A DNA stretch of 64,000 nt from Eledone cirrhosa (taxonomy: Eukaryota): NCBI GenBank assembly GCA_964016885.1, contig OZ024743.1, positions 348,068,001-348,132,000 of the forward strand. The letters are read 5' to 3'. Positions 25,848 to 44,957 of the stretch are shown piece by piece (position 1 is the stretch's first letter; every line of letters begins with the position of its first letter). The notes under the pieces are model-generated. The model was not told the origin of the DNA. It saw only the letters and a program-made list of their open reading frames with translations, and did no database searches. Made by a program: the position numbers and the translations under genes.

Positions 25848-26544
25848 TTGTATAATGCCATATGATTTCATTATATTGTTGATGGCTTTATTCCTCTGGC
25901 ATAATTTTGATATTTCAAGAAAAATTCTTCAAACCATTCCTATAACCATTAATCCATGACTGGTCTCAGTTTGTGGAAACGATCCATATTTTATGGACCC
26001 ACATCATTACAGGTAACTCGCATAATGTCTATACCATTCCTCTCCATTATAGAATTCGCTTTATTCCTTATTGATATTCATAAATCAACCTAACCTTAAA
26101 TGCCACCTAAATCTTTATTTATTAAATTAACTCACCATAATTCACAAATTCTCTCTTATGCTGCTATCAGATGTATTTCAAAGATTCTGTTTTAGAGAAT
26201 CGCTAATTCATGATAGCCATAATTTATGGCGGGCGCTAATTAATGGGTCTTGCAACAATTTATAGCTTTCTCTAGATTATTGCTATCCTCCGTAATTCAT
26301 AAATCCTCCATTAACGATATCATGTCTAATTCAAGTCTCTTTCATTAAAGATATTGTACATAATCAATAACAGTTTCATCCTAAAGCCGTTCCTGGAATT
26401 ATTAGAAAACTAAATATAATTTAAAAGAAGCCCTCTGAAATCCTGTCATACAACTCTCTTTTACGCACACGCACACACAGTGGTTCTCCCATTATCTACA
26501 TATGCATCTCTTTCTCTCTCTATCTATCTATTTCTCTATCTATT

Positions 26545-26579
<35 letters not shown>

Positions 26580-26629
26580 ATCTCTCCCCTCTCTCTCTCC
26601 CCTCTCTCTCTCCCCTCTATCTCTCTTCG

Positions 26630-26673
<44 letters not shown>

Positions 26674-27528
26674 ATATATCATTTTTTAATCATCTTTTTT
26701 CAGAATGTTTTGGATATTTTTCAACCCTCAATGAACTGAAAGGTTTTTGGGAGCCAATGCAAAAGTACTTCTGTGTTTGTTGGTTATCTTTCTCTTCCAT
26801 TTTTAATGCTATACATTACACACATTCTTTTATTCTGTACCTATCTATGTAATCCAGTTTTACACTAAATATAAATTTCTGGAACTGGGGATTAACTAAA
26901 TCAATCGATCGCACTTCTGTTAAAGAAAAAGAGATACAGGGCGGATTAGATGGAAAGAGAGACGAGGAATATTATAGATAATATGATAAATTTGAAAGCA
27001 TCGTTTTTCTACTAGGCAGAATTTCAGAAATCGGATAACAAGTGGATACTTTGTATGTCATCAACAGTACTTACAATGTTCATGTTAGTTAAATAAATTG
27101 TACAGATAAAAGCAAGTAACGTCGGATAGGATTAACTAAGTGTTACAATGAAAGGGACCTTCGTCGATTTCGACGATGAGTATTCAACTACTTTAATCAG
27201 CTGGATAGCCTGTTCATGAACTTCCCAGCATATAAATATTGCAAAACGAACCTCCTAAACATATGGTCATGCTGTGTCCACACATATTTCGATCCATCAG
27301 AGCACACCTCACTACCCACAAAAAAGAGTTGTCTAGATTTAGGCCATGTTGCTACGTCATATTGATGTTGTTTCAGTTGAACATAGCGAACCAATTACAC
27401 AATTTATTTTTGACCTCTGGTAATAGTTTTATACATCACTATTCGTTGAATCACAAATTACGGGACGTATAATCAAAGACAATTAGAACACAGGCACAAG
27501 GATACACACACCTATGTATATGCATATA

Positions 27529-27569
<41 letters not shown>

Positions 27570-27648
27570 TATTACCCACTCTACTACACTAAGTATTAAG
27601 TACTTTGGTGCGTTATGGTCCATCTGGTTCCTTACCACAACTCCTCCG

Positions 27649-27680
<32 letters not shown>

Positions 27681-27717
27681 GACTATATATATAATCGGGG
27701 GTAACCACAGTAAGTAA

Positions 27718-27766
27718 GCTTTCCTGATGATTTCCACCGAATGAAATGAAACGGTTCTGTCGAAGC
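27718..27766 (+). ncRNA. Type I hammerhead motif in a ~100-bp insert between (TA)n tracts
   Basis: gctttc CTGATGA tttc-caccgaat-gaaa t GAAA cggttctg TC gaagc. Confidence 0.7.
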
Positions 27767-27774
27767 CATTTCTA

Positions 27775-27880
<106 letters not shown>

Positions 27881-27902
27881 TCATATACCCTCCATATATA
27901 TA

Positions 27903-28599
<697 letters not shown>

Positions 28600-28638
28600 T
28601 TATATATATACGTGTTTGTGAATTCAGACCCCGCCCCC

Positions 28639-28705
<67 letters not shown>

Positions 28706-29150
28706 CCAATGCTACACGTGGGATACCGCAACCCACTTGAACATTTAGTAGTAATGTAAATTCTTAGGAATCCCTTATAGGACTCATTTCCGATGATGTT
28801 TCCATGGTATGGAATTTGCTGGTTAAGGGATCTAATATTATTCGACAATCAGCGGATTCTCCACTGAATTTGAAACAACATTGTACCAGCTTAAACGTGA
28901 AGTTTTGTTCTCGGGTGGAATTTTGTGTCCTAAACTAGGAGGATATTGACTGTTTCAATTGATCAAATTTGAATACTTTACCGTTTTCATATGTTCATCT
29001 GTCGATAAAAGCATTACACTGTTTTCAGAGCTTAGGTATCTGGCCTGACAATGTTGGTTGTACTACAAACAATCCAATGCATGTGCTCCAAATTAATTTG
29101 TTAAGCAAATTGTAAACGAGATTGAAATCACTGGATATCGATCTAAACCC

Positions 29151-29185
<35 letters not shown>

Positions 29186-29219
29186 ATGTATGTATATTTA
29201 TATATATATATATATAGAA

Positions 29220-29322
<103 letters not shown>

Positions 29323-31988
29323 AAGCGAGAGCGAGAGACAGAGAGAGTGAGGAGAGACAGAAATACAAGCATACATTTATACATATATTTTTCGATCATA
29401 TTTATGCTTTAATGAACACATAACTAGCTAGTTATATGGACAGAAAATTACTTATTTCAATCTTTCACTTACACCATAGAACTCAGACTGTGATTCATGT
29501 AAGTTTCCTTTGAAACTGGTTGTCATCCCGATGATGATATAATTTTTATTAGATGGCATGTGATTGAAATTGCCTTTCCACATAAAGGCAAAAATTTAAA
29601 TGGAGAAATCTTAGACAAATCAATAATGACATAAAAGATTATTTCTAAAAGCAAACACTTAAACTTTATACACACACAAACATATATATATATGTGTGTG
29701 TGTGTGTGGGGGGGGGGGGGTGAGAGAGCGTGTGTGCGTGTGTGCGTGCGTGTGCGTGTGTGTGTGTGAGTATGCGTGTTTGCGCGTGCGTTTGTGCTTG
29801 TGTAAAGTTTGAAATTAGAAATATAAGCAACATCCGGATGGAAAAGAGAACGTGTTTATGATGTCTGAGAATGAGTATTGTAAATTCTGAATGATCCTTT
29901 ATCCGTTCCTCGCGTTTAAAATCATCTGAAACGACGATTAAGCAGGCAGAAAAGAAAGATGACAATGATGACAACAGAGATGAAAGAAAAAGAAGGAAGG
30001 AAAACGATGTTGAAGTGTATGGGAAATAAGAAATAGAAGAAAAAATATAAGGAAAATACTAGGAAAATTATTGGAGAAGAGGCATAATATAGGACAAGAA
30101 ATAATAAAACCGAAGGAAAATACTGAAGGAGAACAACAATATAAACAACATCAACAGCAGTCTTTAACAATAACATCGCTAACGAGAAATCAACTGTCTA
30201 AGGCTTTTCAGCTGTTCAATAATATAAATGTACACATCACGCAGGTTTCTAATATATATATAGAAGTAGAAGGAAGAGAATATAGAAAATGCGAACGTTC
30301 CTTGGCATTCTCTCGTGTCAGCTGGTGAACTGGCAATGAGTGACTAGCTGAAATAATTAGAGATATATTTAATGACTTTTTAAAGCCCACCGCCGTCTAG
30401 AGATGAGCGTTAGACCAAAATAGAGATGTGAGTGAAACCAGCAACTACCGCCGCAATTATTAGACGCATTTTCCCTCCCTCTTCTCTTGATTTCTTCCAT
30501 ATATGCTTTATTAAGGCCATGTCCTTAGCGTCGTGGTACCCTCATTTCGCTTATTTGATTCCTCATCCGATGCAAATGCTGAAAATGTTAAAATTAGTTT
30601 GGTCTATACCTTTTCAATTTTAGCAGTACACTAATTACTAGCCAGAATATGGAAATATACGAAATACACAGCCAATGAGCGTTCCTCGGCCATCTCATTA
30701 TTTTTTTAAGGTCTATGCGCAACTCATTTATATTAACTAACTACCGATTCTTTGTTCATTGCTAATATCATACTTTCTTTTACGATGTGCTGGTTTCATA
30801 GATTACCTATAAGTAAAATATACAATTTCTGCCCTGCTCTCCTGATTAAGTTTTTCGCTATTTTAACTGGCATTCTACACTGCCATTTTCCCACTGAAAC
30901 TATGTAACGACTTCAGATGTGTCCAAATATTATTTTGCCATTTCCTTGCTAGAAGCTAGCATCACAGATCTAGTTATTCACTATTAAGACTGCAAAAAGA
31001 TGTTAAAAGATTTATATAGATTTCTTTCAGAATTGAAATAATCAAAAGTATTATATCATATCGGCTAATTACATATCGAGCAGTATCAATGAAAAATAAA
31101 ACACACTGTTAAAGGGAACGGCAAAGACAGAGCAAAAATGAAAATGAAAAGGAGAAAAAGAAAACGAAAGAATGATCGTGCAACGAAAGAAAGAGATGGG
31201 CAGGAGGACAGTCACCACATCCCAGTCTAATTGGTGCCTTAGCCAAGATCCGCGGGAAAAACGGCCAGATACATCCACTGCAACAGTCACCCCATCTCAC
31301 ACGGCTCCTTCGTCAAGCTGGCTTCCGTATATCAGACATTACGGAGCAAATCAGCAGTGCGATGACCAAGAACCCTAGTGGTATTGACGGTCACCGGTAC
31401 AACGGGGTAGCGGTAGGCCAAGCCCCGGTATTTCATTATCTTTCTCTACTCTACACTGCGTTAGTTAATTTTTTCTTTGCTCACACTCTTTTTCTCAACT
31501 TCAGCTTGCGACCAGTTTTCTTCTATTCGTTCTATAGAATTATCGAATTTTGGCAGTTAACGTAGCACGGATGTCGTTTCATTTTCTTAGCTTACATGGC
31601 CTAAGGCTCATCATTCCTAGCAAGTTAAATCTGTTGTCCTGTATCTTTCCTGTTTAACGACAAATTTATATTTGCATGCTTGCATTATTATACTATATAT
31701 ATATATTTGCTATATATATATTATTTATTCAGTCTATAATTTCTGAGGGCCTCATCTTTGACCATGTTCTACTCGATAATCGAAGTAACTAAGTAAATAA
31801 AACGATGACCGTCGGCTATTTTCTACATGACATATATAAGAGAGATGTTTTCTTCTCCAAAATTCATAAATTTAATTCATTTTCTTCTGTGTACAAAGGA
31901 AATGTAAAGGCTTTTAATTCAAGAACTGTAATTTGCACCTTTATTAAATTTCAACAACAATTTTCTCCCCCTTTCTCTCTTTCTCTGT

Positions 31989-35355
<3,367 letters not shown>

Positions 35356-35554
35356 GGAGGTGAGTTTTATTGTAGTACAATAAAATGATATGTTGATTTA
35401 AAACTGCACTATTCACAAGTGTGTTTTAACCTTCATATCATGTCTCCCTATTTTATCTGATGAAAACGCAAATGTTATTGCATGATGATATTTGTTTTTG
35501 AAATGCGCATAATAAAATACATGAAACTCTTTTAACCATCTTTTGATCTTATAT

Positions 35555-35595
<41 letters not shown>

Positions 35596-36717
35596 ACAGG
35601 GAGAAAGAGACAATTATTAGGAAGAAAAATATATTTTTTCCTTTTTTGTTTCTCTCTCGCTTTTTTCTGGGTAAGAAAATGATTAAAACGAAATGTTTTA
35701 CTTTGTGTGAAGTGTTAAGATATTTGTTGATTTATTTATTATTTAACAATGGCATTTATTTATCTATTTATATATTTAATTATTGTCTATTACCGGTTTC
35801 AGCATGTTTATGCATTATCAAATGATGGTGAAATGTATTAGTGTGGTGTCGTACATGTTAAACAGAAAGTGCAGAAAGAATAATGTTATTTACAAACAAG
35901 GTTTATGAAGAGAAAAGAAAAAAGAAAAAGGAAAAAAAAGTGCATAACATTGAGCATAAAAGTCAATGTGGAAGAACAAATAATGTTATTTACAAGCATA
36001 GTCATTGAAGTTATATATATATACATACTTATATATTTATACACATATGGGTGGGTGCGGGCGTGTGTATGTGTGTGTTTTTGTGCGTGTCTTTGTGTAT
36101 GAGTGTGTGTCTGTGAGTGTGCGTGCGTGTGTATACGTATATAAGAGCAGACACCAAATCTAATTGTTGAAAGATAGAAAACTGGAAAAGGGATGGATTT
36201 TCATGAAAATATGATTAGTTGTAAAAGGAAAATATGAATTATAGAAAATTAGAGTAAAGTGAGAAACATATAATTTGATTGCTGTATGGAAGGCCGGATT
36301 TGTTTAAAAGTAGGTATAAGCTCTCATTAATAATACATATTTCTAATACTGTTATAAATAAACATCATTTGTAAATGGATAATTAGTGTGTCCATATATA
36401 AATACGTATACCTACATATATATATATATATATATACATACATACACACATATAAGCTTATATACATATATATATATATATATTTAAAAACACACAGATA
36501 CATGCGGACACACACATATATACATGAATGCATCCGCACCCAACTGTGAGTTAAGGGTGCCAACTTCACCGATGTTGCTCAATGAATGACTGGGACAGAC
36601 CAATTCAGTTTGAACCAGACTGAACCAGTATCAGAGTTAAAAATACATTATGAAGAGAGAAGAAACATTTAGATATAATTAGTAATAAAATGTATCATAC
36701 CTAAACTGTTCCTAAAT

Positions 36718-36805
36718 TCCTCGACTACGTAGTTTCGTGGCATAAACAAAAACAATATATCAAAGATATAGAGTCCTTGCGAGGTCTGCCAACTTATCAA
36801 GAGGA
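36718..36805 (-). ncRNA. Type I hammerhead, U3-A8 core variant (unit 1)
   Basis: tcctc TTGATAA g(t)tggca...tgccac GAAA ctacgtag TC gagga. Confidence 0.8.
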
Positions 36806-37308
36806 TACCTCATTTTACTAGTCTCAAGAACGCGTCTACACGACGTGAGAAAGAATCCCAAAAGGCGGAGGGGGAGATAGTCACGCGATATAACGGTCGA
36901 GAAACAGAGCTAAGCCTCTTATAACCACGAAGAAAATACCACGGAGGCGGAGGGGGTATTCATATCGAGGCCGTAGAAGAGGTAGTGAAGAAGGCGAGAA
37001 GTATGAGTAATGGAAGCTTTCCAGTTGTCCCCACACTTCAAAGATTGCTCGACCAGAGGGAGTTATTAATATATTTAAAAACACACAGATACATGCGGAC
37101 ACACACATATATACATGAATGCATCCGCACCCAACTGTGAGTTAAGGGTGCCAACTTCACCGATGTTGCTCAATGAATGACTGGGACAGACCAATTCAGT
37201 TTGAACCAGACTGAACCAGTATCAGAGTTAAAAATACATTATGAAGAGAGAAGAAACATTTAGATATAATTAGTAATAAAATGTATCATACCTAAACTGT
37301 TCCTAAAT

Positions 37309-37396
37309 TCCTCGACTACGTAGTTTCGTGGCATAAACAAAAACAATATATCAAAGATATAGAGTCCTTGCGAGGTCTGCCAACTTATCAAGAGGA
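37309..37396 (-). ncRNA. Type I hammerhead, U3-A8 core variant (unit 2)
   Basis: Same motif at +591. Confidence 0.8.
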
Positions 37397-37899
37397 TACC
37401 TCATTTTACTAGTCTCAAGAACGCGTCTACACGACGTGAGAAAGAATCCCAAAAGGCGGAGGGGGAGATAGTCACGCGATATAACGGTCGAGAAACAGAG
37501 CTAAGCCTCTTATAACCACGAAGAAAATACCACGGAGGCGGAGGGGGTATTCATATCGAGGCCGTAGAAGAGGTAGTGAAGAAGGCGAGAAGTATGAGTA
37601 ATGGAAGCTTTCCAGTTGTCCCCACACTTCAAAGATTGCTCGACCAGAGGGAGTTATTAATATATTTAAAAACACACAGATACATGCGGACACACACATA
37701 TATACATGAATGCATCCGCACCCAACTGTGAGTTAAGGGTGCCAACTTCACCGATGTTGCTCAATGAATGACTGGGACAGACCAATTCAGTTTGAACCAG
37801 ACTGAACCAGTATCAGAGTTAAAAATACATTATGAAGAGAGAAGAAACATTTAGATATAATTAGTAATAAAATGTATCATACCTAAACTGTTCCTAAAT

Positions 37900-37987
37900 T
37901 CCTCGACTACGTAGTTTCGTGGCATAAACAAAAACAATATATCAAAGATATAGAGTCCTTGCGAGGTCTGCCAACTTATCAAGAGGA
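37900..37987 (-). ncRNA. Type I hammerhead, U3-A8 core variant (unit 3)
   Basis: Same motif at +1182. Confidence 0.8.
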
Positions 37988-38270
37988 TACCTCATTTTAC
38001 TAGTCTCAAGAACGCGTCTACACGACGTGAGAAAGAATCCCAAAAGGCGGAGGGGGAGATAGTCACGCGATATAACGGTCGAGAAACAGAGCTAAGCCTC
38101 TTATAACCACGAAGAAAATACCACGGAGGCGGAGGGGGTATTCATATCGAGGCCGTAGAAGAGGTAGTGAAGAAGGCGAGAAGTATGAGTAATGGAAGCT
38201 TTCCAGTTGTCCCCACACTTCAAAGATTGCTCGACCAGAGGGAGTTATTAATATATTTAAAAACACACAG

Positions 38271-38298
<28 letters not shown>

Positions 38299-38305
<7 letters not shown>

Positions 38306-40054
38306 CAAATAACGAAACGAAATTAAATTTCGTTTCGTTTGTAACTCACTTTTGTATGACTGACGCTTAAACAATTAAGTTAAAGATGTACATCCATATA
38401 TGTATACTGAAATACTAGTATGTATATGAATACACACACGTATACATATGTAGGTGTACCAAGTTTTTTCACTGGTCACTTTACTGTGAGTGGCCAGCTA
38501 TTCTGTATGTAAACACACAGACAAACCGGTTTTTAGAGTCATACTGGTTTTTGAGGAAACACCTCTCCTCTATTCTTCAGAAAGCCAGACAAGGAATATT
38601 GAACTAGTTTCGTTGTTGTTACAACTCATCAGCAATATTTACCTATCTTCCGGCCTCTCTAGAGAATCGTAAAAGCACATATCGTTATATGCTTTTTCTA
38701 TGAAAATTAGTAGTGGGCAGACTAATTTGCATAGAGTGTGAGTAAGTACCGGTTCAACGGAGACGATAAAAACAAATAACGAAACGAAATTAAATTTCGT
38801 TTCGTTTGTAACTCACTTTTGTATGACTGACGCTTAAACAATTAAGTTAAAGATGTACATCCATATATGTATACTGAAATACTAGTATGTATATGAATAC
38901 ACACACGTATACATATGTAGGTGTACCAAGTTTTTTCACTGGTAACTTTACTGTGAGTGGCCAGCTATTCTGTATGTAAACACACAGACAAACCGGTTTT
39001 TAGAGTCATACTGGTTTTTGAGGAAACACCTCTCCTCTATTCTCCAGAAAGCCAGACAAGGAATATTGAACTAGTTTCGTTGTTGTTACAACTCATCAGC
39101 AATATTTACCTATCTTCCGGCCTCTCTAGAGAATCGTAAAAGCACATATCGTTATATGCTTTTTCTATGAAAATTAGTAGTGGGCAGACTAATTTGCATA
39201 GAGTGTGAGTAAGTACCGGTTCAACGGAGACGATAAAAACAAATAACGAAACGAAATTAAGTTTCGTTTCGTTTGTAACTCACTTTTGTATGACTGACGC
39301 TTAAACAATTAAGTTAAAGATGTACATCCATATATGTATACTGAAATACTAGTATGTATATGAATACACACACGTATACATATGTAGGTGTACCAAGTTT
39401 TTTCACTGGTCACTTTACTGTGAGTGGCCAGCTATTCTGTATGTAAACACACAGACAAACCGGTTTTTAGAGTCATACTGGTTTTTGAGGAAACACCTCT
39501 CCTCTATTCTTCAGAAAGCCAGACAAGGAATATTGAACTAGTTTCGTTGTTGTTACAACTCATCAGCAATATTTACCTATCTTCCGGCCTCTCTAGAGAA
39601 TCGTAAAAGCACATATCGTTATATGCTTTTTCTATGAAAATTAGTAGTGGGCAGACTAATTTGCATAGAGTGTGAGTAAGTACCGGTTCAACGGAGACGA
39701 TAAAAACAAATAACGAAACGAAATTAAATTTCGTTTCGTTTGTAACTCACTTTTGTATGACTGACGCTTAAACAATTAAGTTAAAGATGTACATCCATAT
39801 ATGTATACTGAAATACTAGTATGTATATGAATACACACACGTATACATATGTAGGTGTACCAAGTTTTTTCACTGGTCACTTTACTGTGAGTGGCCAGCT
39901 ATTCTGTATGTAAACACACAGACAAACTGGTTTTTAGAGTCATACTGGTTTTTGAGGAAACACCTCTCCTCTATTCTCCAGAAAGCCAGACAAGGAATAT
40001 TGAACTAGTTTCGTTGTTGTTACAACTCATCAGCAATATTTACCTATCTTCCGG
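38299..40054 (-). repeat. Tandem array, 467-bp unit x~3.75, left arm; retrozyme-like
   Basis: Units start at 38299, 38766, 39233 and 39700, with a few SNPs between them. Confidence 0.93.
38595..38639 (-). ncRNA. Minimal type I hammerhead (467 unit); repeated at 39062-39106, 39529-39573, 39996-40040
   Basis: aatattg CTGATGA gttgt-aaca-acaac GAAA ctag TT caatatt: 7-bp stem I, 5-bp stem II, palindromic stem III, GUU cleavage triplet. Confidence 0.92.
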
Positions 40055-40056
40055 CA

Positions 40057-41465
<1,409 letters not shown>

Positions 41466-41479
41466 AATATATATATATT

Positions 41480-41512
<33 letters not shown>

Positions 41513-41709
41513 AGCTGTGTGTGCGCCTGAGTATGTGTGTGAGTGTACGTATATAGGAGTCATTATAATGAAGTTTCTGATTAACGTATTGTTCACATAT
41601 GCATGCACCTCTATCACATCTCTATAATTTTAAAAAATGGATTGAAGTTGTTAACCTTGTTTTATTTTCATATTAAATACACACACACACACACACATAC
41701 ATATATGTG

Positions 41710-43385
41710 GAGTTGGGAGAGGGAGGTGGGGGTCCGAGCAGGGAGGGCTGACGTTGGTGTTTGTGTATGTGTGTAGGTGTAGGTGTGTGTGTGTGTGTGT
41801 GCGCGTGTGTATGTGAATGTGAGAGTTGGGGAAGAACGAGGTTCTATGTTCAGGATAAGTTGTGTGCGTGCATGTAGATGGAGAGGTGGCAGATGTCAGT
41901 ATTGTTAGTTGTGGGGTGGGCCAAGAAGGGTGGGGCGGTGAAAAGGAGGAGTGTGTTAGTGGTGTTAGTGGGGGATGTGTGGGGGGAAAGCTGGGCGGTC
42001 GAAGGCTAAATGAATAGGGGTTGGGAGTTCAGGCCGGTGGGTGTGTGGGTCTGTAGAGTGAAGATGGTGTGTTGTCCGACCGTGAGGCGGGTAGCGGGTG
42101 TTCCATGGCATTGGAGTAGGCCACAGACTGTGAGGTGGTGGCGGAATGTCTAGGGGAGCCAAAGTGGCGGGTGATGGGGGAACTCCCGCCGAGACGAATA
42201 TCCCGGAGGTGTTCAGTGAAACGATCTGCCAGGCGACGTCCAGTCTGTCCGAGGTAGGTTGCGCTGCACTCCGTGCAGCGATTTCCATAGACTAGGTTGG
42301 AGGTGGTGCAGCGAAGACGTGCCGGACAGAGCGAGAGTGGCTGTTTGGACCCTGGAAGGTGGTGGTATTGGTAATGTGGGGGCAGGTGTGGCAGCAAGGC
42401 CTGGAGTAGGAAAGGGAACCGGGGGATGAAGAAGAGCGTGGGTTCCGGTGTGGGGTGCTGCGGACGGGGAGGGTCCGGAGATTGCGTGTGCGTTTCAAGG
42501 AGGAGAGGGGTGGGGATCAGAAGATAGGGGAGGTAGAGTGGTCGACTGAAGGTGTCGGAAGAGGCAGAGGATGGTGCGGTGGATGGGTGGTAGTTGATGG
42601 GGAAGGGGAGACGGTGAGTGGGTGTGCGGTGGCGTGGGGCGAGGGTGGTGGAGCGGTGGACAGACCGGCGCGAGTGAGGGAGGTGTGGACGAGGGAGGAG
42701 GGTAACCTCTCCGGATGAAATGGCTGACTAGGGAAAGTGCCTGGGACTCAAAGTAAGCATCTCGGCTGCAGAGGCGGCGGATCCCGAGGAGTTGGGAGTA
42801 GGGAATAGAGTGTTTAGTGTGTGTAGGGTGGGAAGAGGTGAAGTCGAGGTAGGAGTGGGAGTCGGTGTGGTTGAAGAAGGCGGAGGTGACGAGTGAGCAG
42901 TGGGAGGAGTCGAGATGGCGACGGAGATGTCCAAGAAGTGGACGTGGGTGATGGAGATAGAGGTGGTGAAGTGGAGGGAGGGGTGGAAGGTGCAGAAGAA
43001 CGAGAGAAAGGAGTCGAGCTGTTCTCGGGTGTGGGTCGTGGCCCAAATACAGTCGTCGATGTAACGACCGTACAGTTCAGACGTGGGGCCGGTGTAACGA
43101 GCAAAGATTTGGGCCTCAACATGACCAACGAAAAGGTTGGCATAGTTTGGGCCCATTCTTGTGCCTATGGCTACCCCCGTGACCTGTTGGTAAAACTCAC
43201 CCGAGAAGCAGAAGCAGTTGAGGGTAAGGACCAGCTCGGCGAAGCGAAAGAAGGTGGGGGTGGATGCGATGGGGGAGGGGCGAAGATCGAAGTAGTTCCG
43301 GAGGGCACGTAGGCCGTCGACGTGGGGGATGACAGTATAGAGGGACTTGATATCTAGGGTGGTAACAAACTTTCCACCAAACGGC
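41710..43385 (-). mobile_element. 5'-truncated Penelope-like element, Neptune-like (RT + GIY-YIG), frameshifted
   Basis: TLDIKSLYTVIPH, YQQVTGVAIGTRMGPNYANLFVG, RYIDD, FLDI, SSHPTHTKHSIPYSQLL; CTTSNLVY..C..C..YLGQTGRRLADRFTEH. Confidence 0.9.
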
Positions 43386-43669
43386 TGGACCAAACAGCAC
43401 TAAATTTGCACCACAGATGTAACTTTTTCCAAGTAAAATAGTGGGGGTATTTTTGTCTACTGAATTTTGTTAAAAGTTTAAAGACATTATTTAAATATTC
43501 ACTTCTTTAACATTTCAAATGTCAACACTTCCGGTTATACGTGATACATCACTTTTTCTTATGACGTCGCACAACATTCCCCTCTTTTTCTTAGTCTAAC
43601 TTTTAGATAGATACATATCGCCCTTATAATATGTCTCTGTACGTGTGGATGTCTGCATTAGATAAGGTT

Positions 43670-43780
43670 TTTTGAAATATTTATTTCTGCGTTCACAGAC
43701 AATTTTTTTTTAGTTTCAGAAGATCCCGTTAAGGGGGAAAGCAGCGATTCTTTGCTTAAACTTTAATCTGTTATTTTAAT
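43670..43780 (+). mobile_element. Solo pLTR fragment with CAGAAGA hammerhead variant (43712-43762)
   Basis: Matches 45272-45376. Confidence 0.75.
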
Positions 43781-43789
43781 ATATATATA

Positions 43790-44728
43790 TATTCGTGTAC
43801 AGATATTTTTGCATACACAAAAACAAAAAAATATTTATTTCACGAAAGCACAGACGGCTTATCGTCATTGTTACTGTTCGAGGTTAGAGGACCACAGTCT
43901 TTCCAAGATCTGAGAACCATCAATGGCCATCAATGTGCCACTTACCATTTGGCTTGCCAGATGCGTGGTATGTTACACGATGACAGCCATTTGCACCTCA
44001 CCCTGCAAGAATCACCAACTGCTAAAGTCCCTTCTCTGTTGCGAAATTATTTTGCTATTATGCTGTATAACTATGATCTCGCCGACCCTCTCGAAATGTG
44101 GAACAACCACCGCGAAAGTCTAGCTGAGGAGATCCTCCACCGCATACGTAGACACAATCCAAACGTAACATACGATGTCGTTCTCAATGAGGCGCTCATT
44201 TGTCTTGAAAAGACTGTCTTGGAGATTGGTGGTAGGCCTCTAAGTCACTACAGCTTACCTGCTCTTGACAGGAGTCTCCAGAGGTCAACGTCTACAGAGC
44301 TTCTCCGTGAGACGAGCTACGAGATCAGTGAATCTCCCATGGTCAATTGTATCTAAGATGCTCTAGGGTGAGCTCGCAAAACAATCTCTTCATCGTTGCT
44401 CCAGATGGCCGAACCCAAAATATTGTATACTCTGAGGCTCTAATAATGTAATTTAAATATTATTTGTTACTCGGAATTTCATTATGGTTGTACAAATTAT
44501 TGTTTGTTAAAAAATTTCTTCTCTGTTCAGCCTTTATTGTTGTAAGTATCAATTTTCTTTACCGTACTGGCTGCTTAACTGGGGAATCCTAAAAACTAAT
44601 CAAACCCGACATCAGATCACGTTACCCCCCCCCCCCCCCACCCCGGCTGACTTGAGAGGGCGTGTGGTATCTTTGCACATGAGTGTAGGGGGGATTCCTG
44701 AAAAGATAAAATGGACGGGCCAGTTAGT
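43790..44728 (+). mobile_element. Internally deleted Helitron (RepHel fragments)
   Basis: LLFEVRGPQSFQDLRTINGHQCATYHLACQMRGMLHDD (RepHel linker); helicase C-terminus NLFIVAPDGRTQNIVYSEAL* at ~44383-44443; 3' end acgggccagttag|t resembles a degenerate CTAG terminus. Confidence 0.8.
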
Positions 44729-44957
44729 ATATATATATTACTAAAATACTAAAATATATGTGAGTGTGTATATATATATATGTGTGTGTATATGTGTGTG
44801 TGTGTCTATGACCAGTGTATATAGATCACAGACACCCATATATATATATATATACACACATACATACATATATGTATACACACTCATATTTATATATATA
44901 CATACACACACGTATATATATATATATATTGTATATATATATATATATATATATTAT

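Larger units (their letters stand above)
36479..38276 (-). repeat. Tandem array, 591-bp unit x3 (+~25 bp), one hammerhead per unit; retrozyme-like
   Basis: tatttaaaaacacacagatacat recurs at 36481, 37072, 37663 and 38254; flanked by (TA)n. Confidence 0.9.

Noticed and set aside
28780-29140. Possible host exon(s) in unique sequence (also 49165-49220, 53100-53225)
   Set aside because: No sustained ORF, recognisable protein motif or consistent splice pairs.
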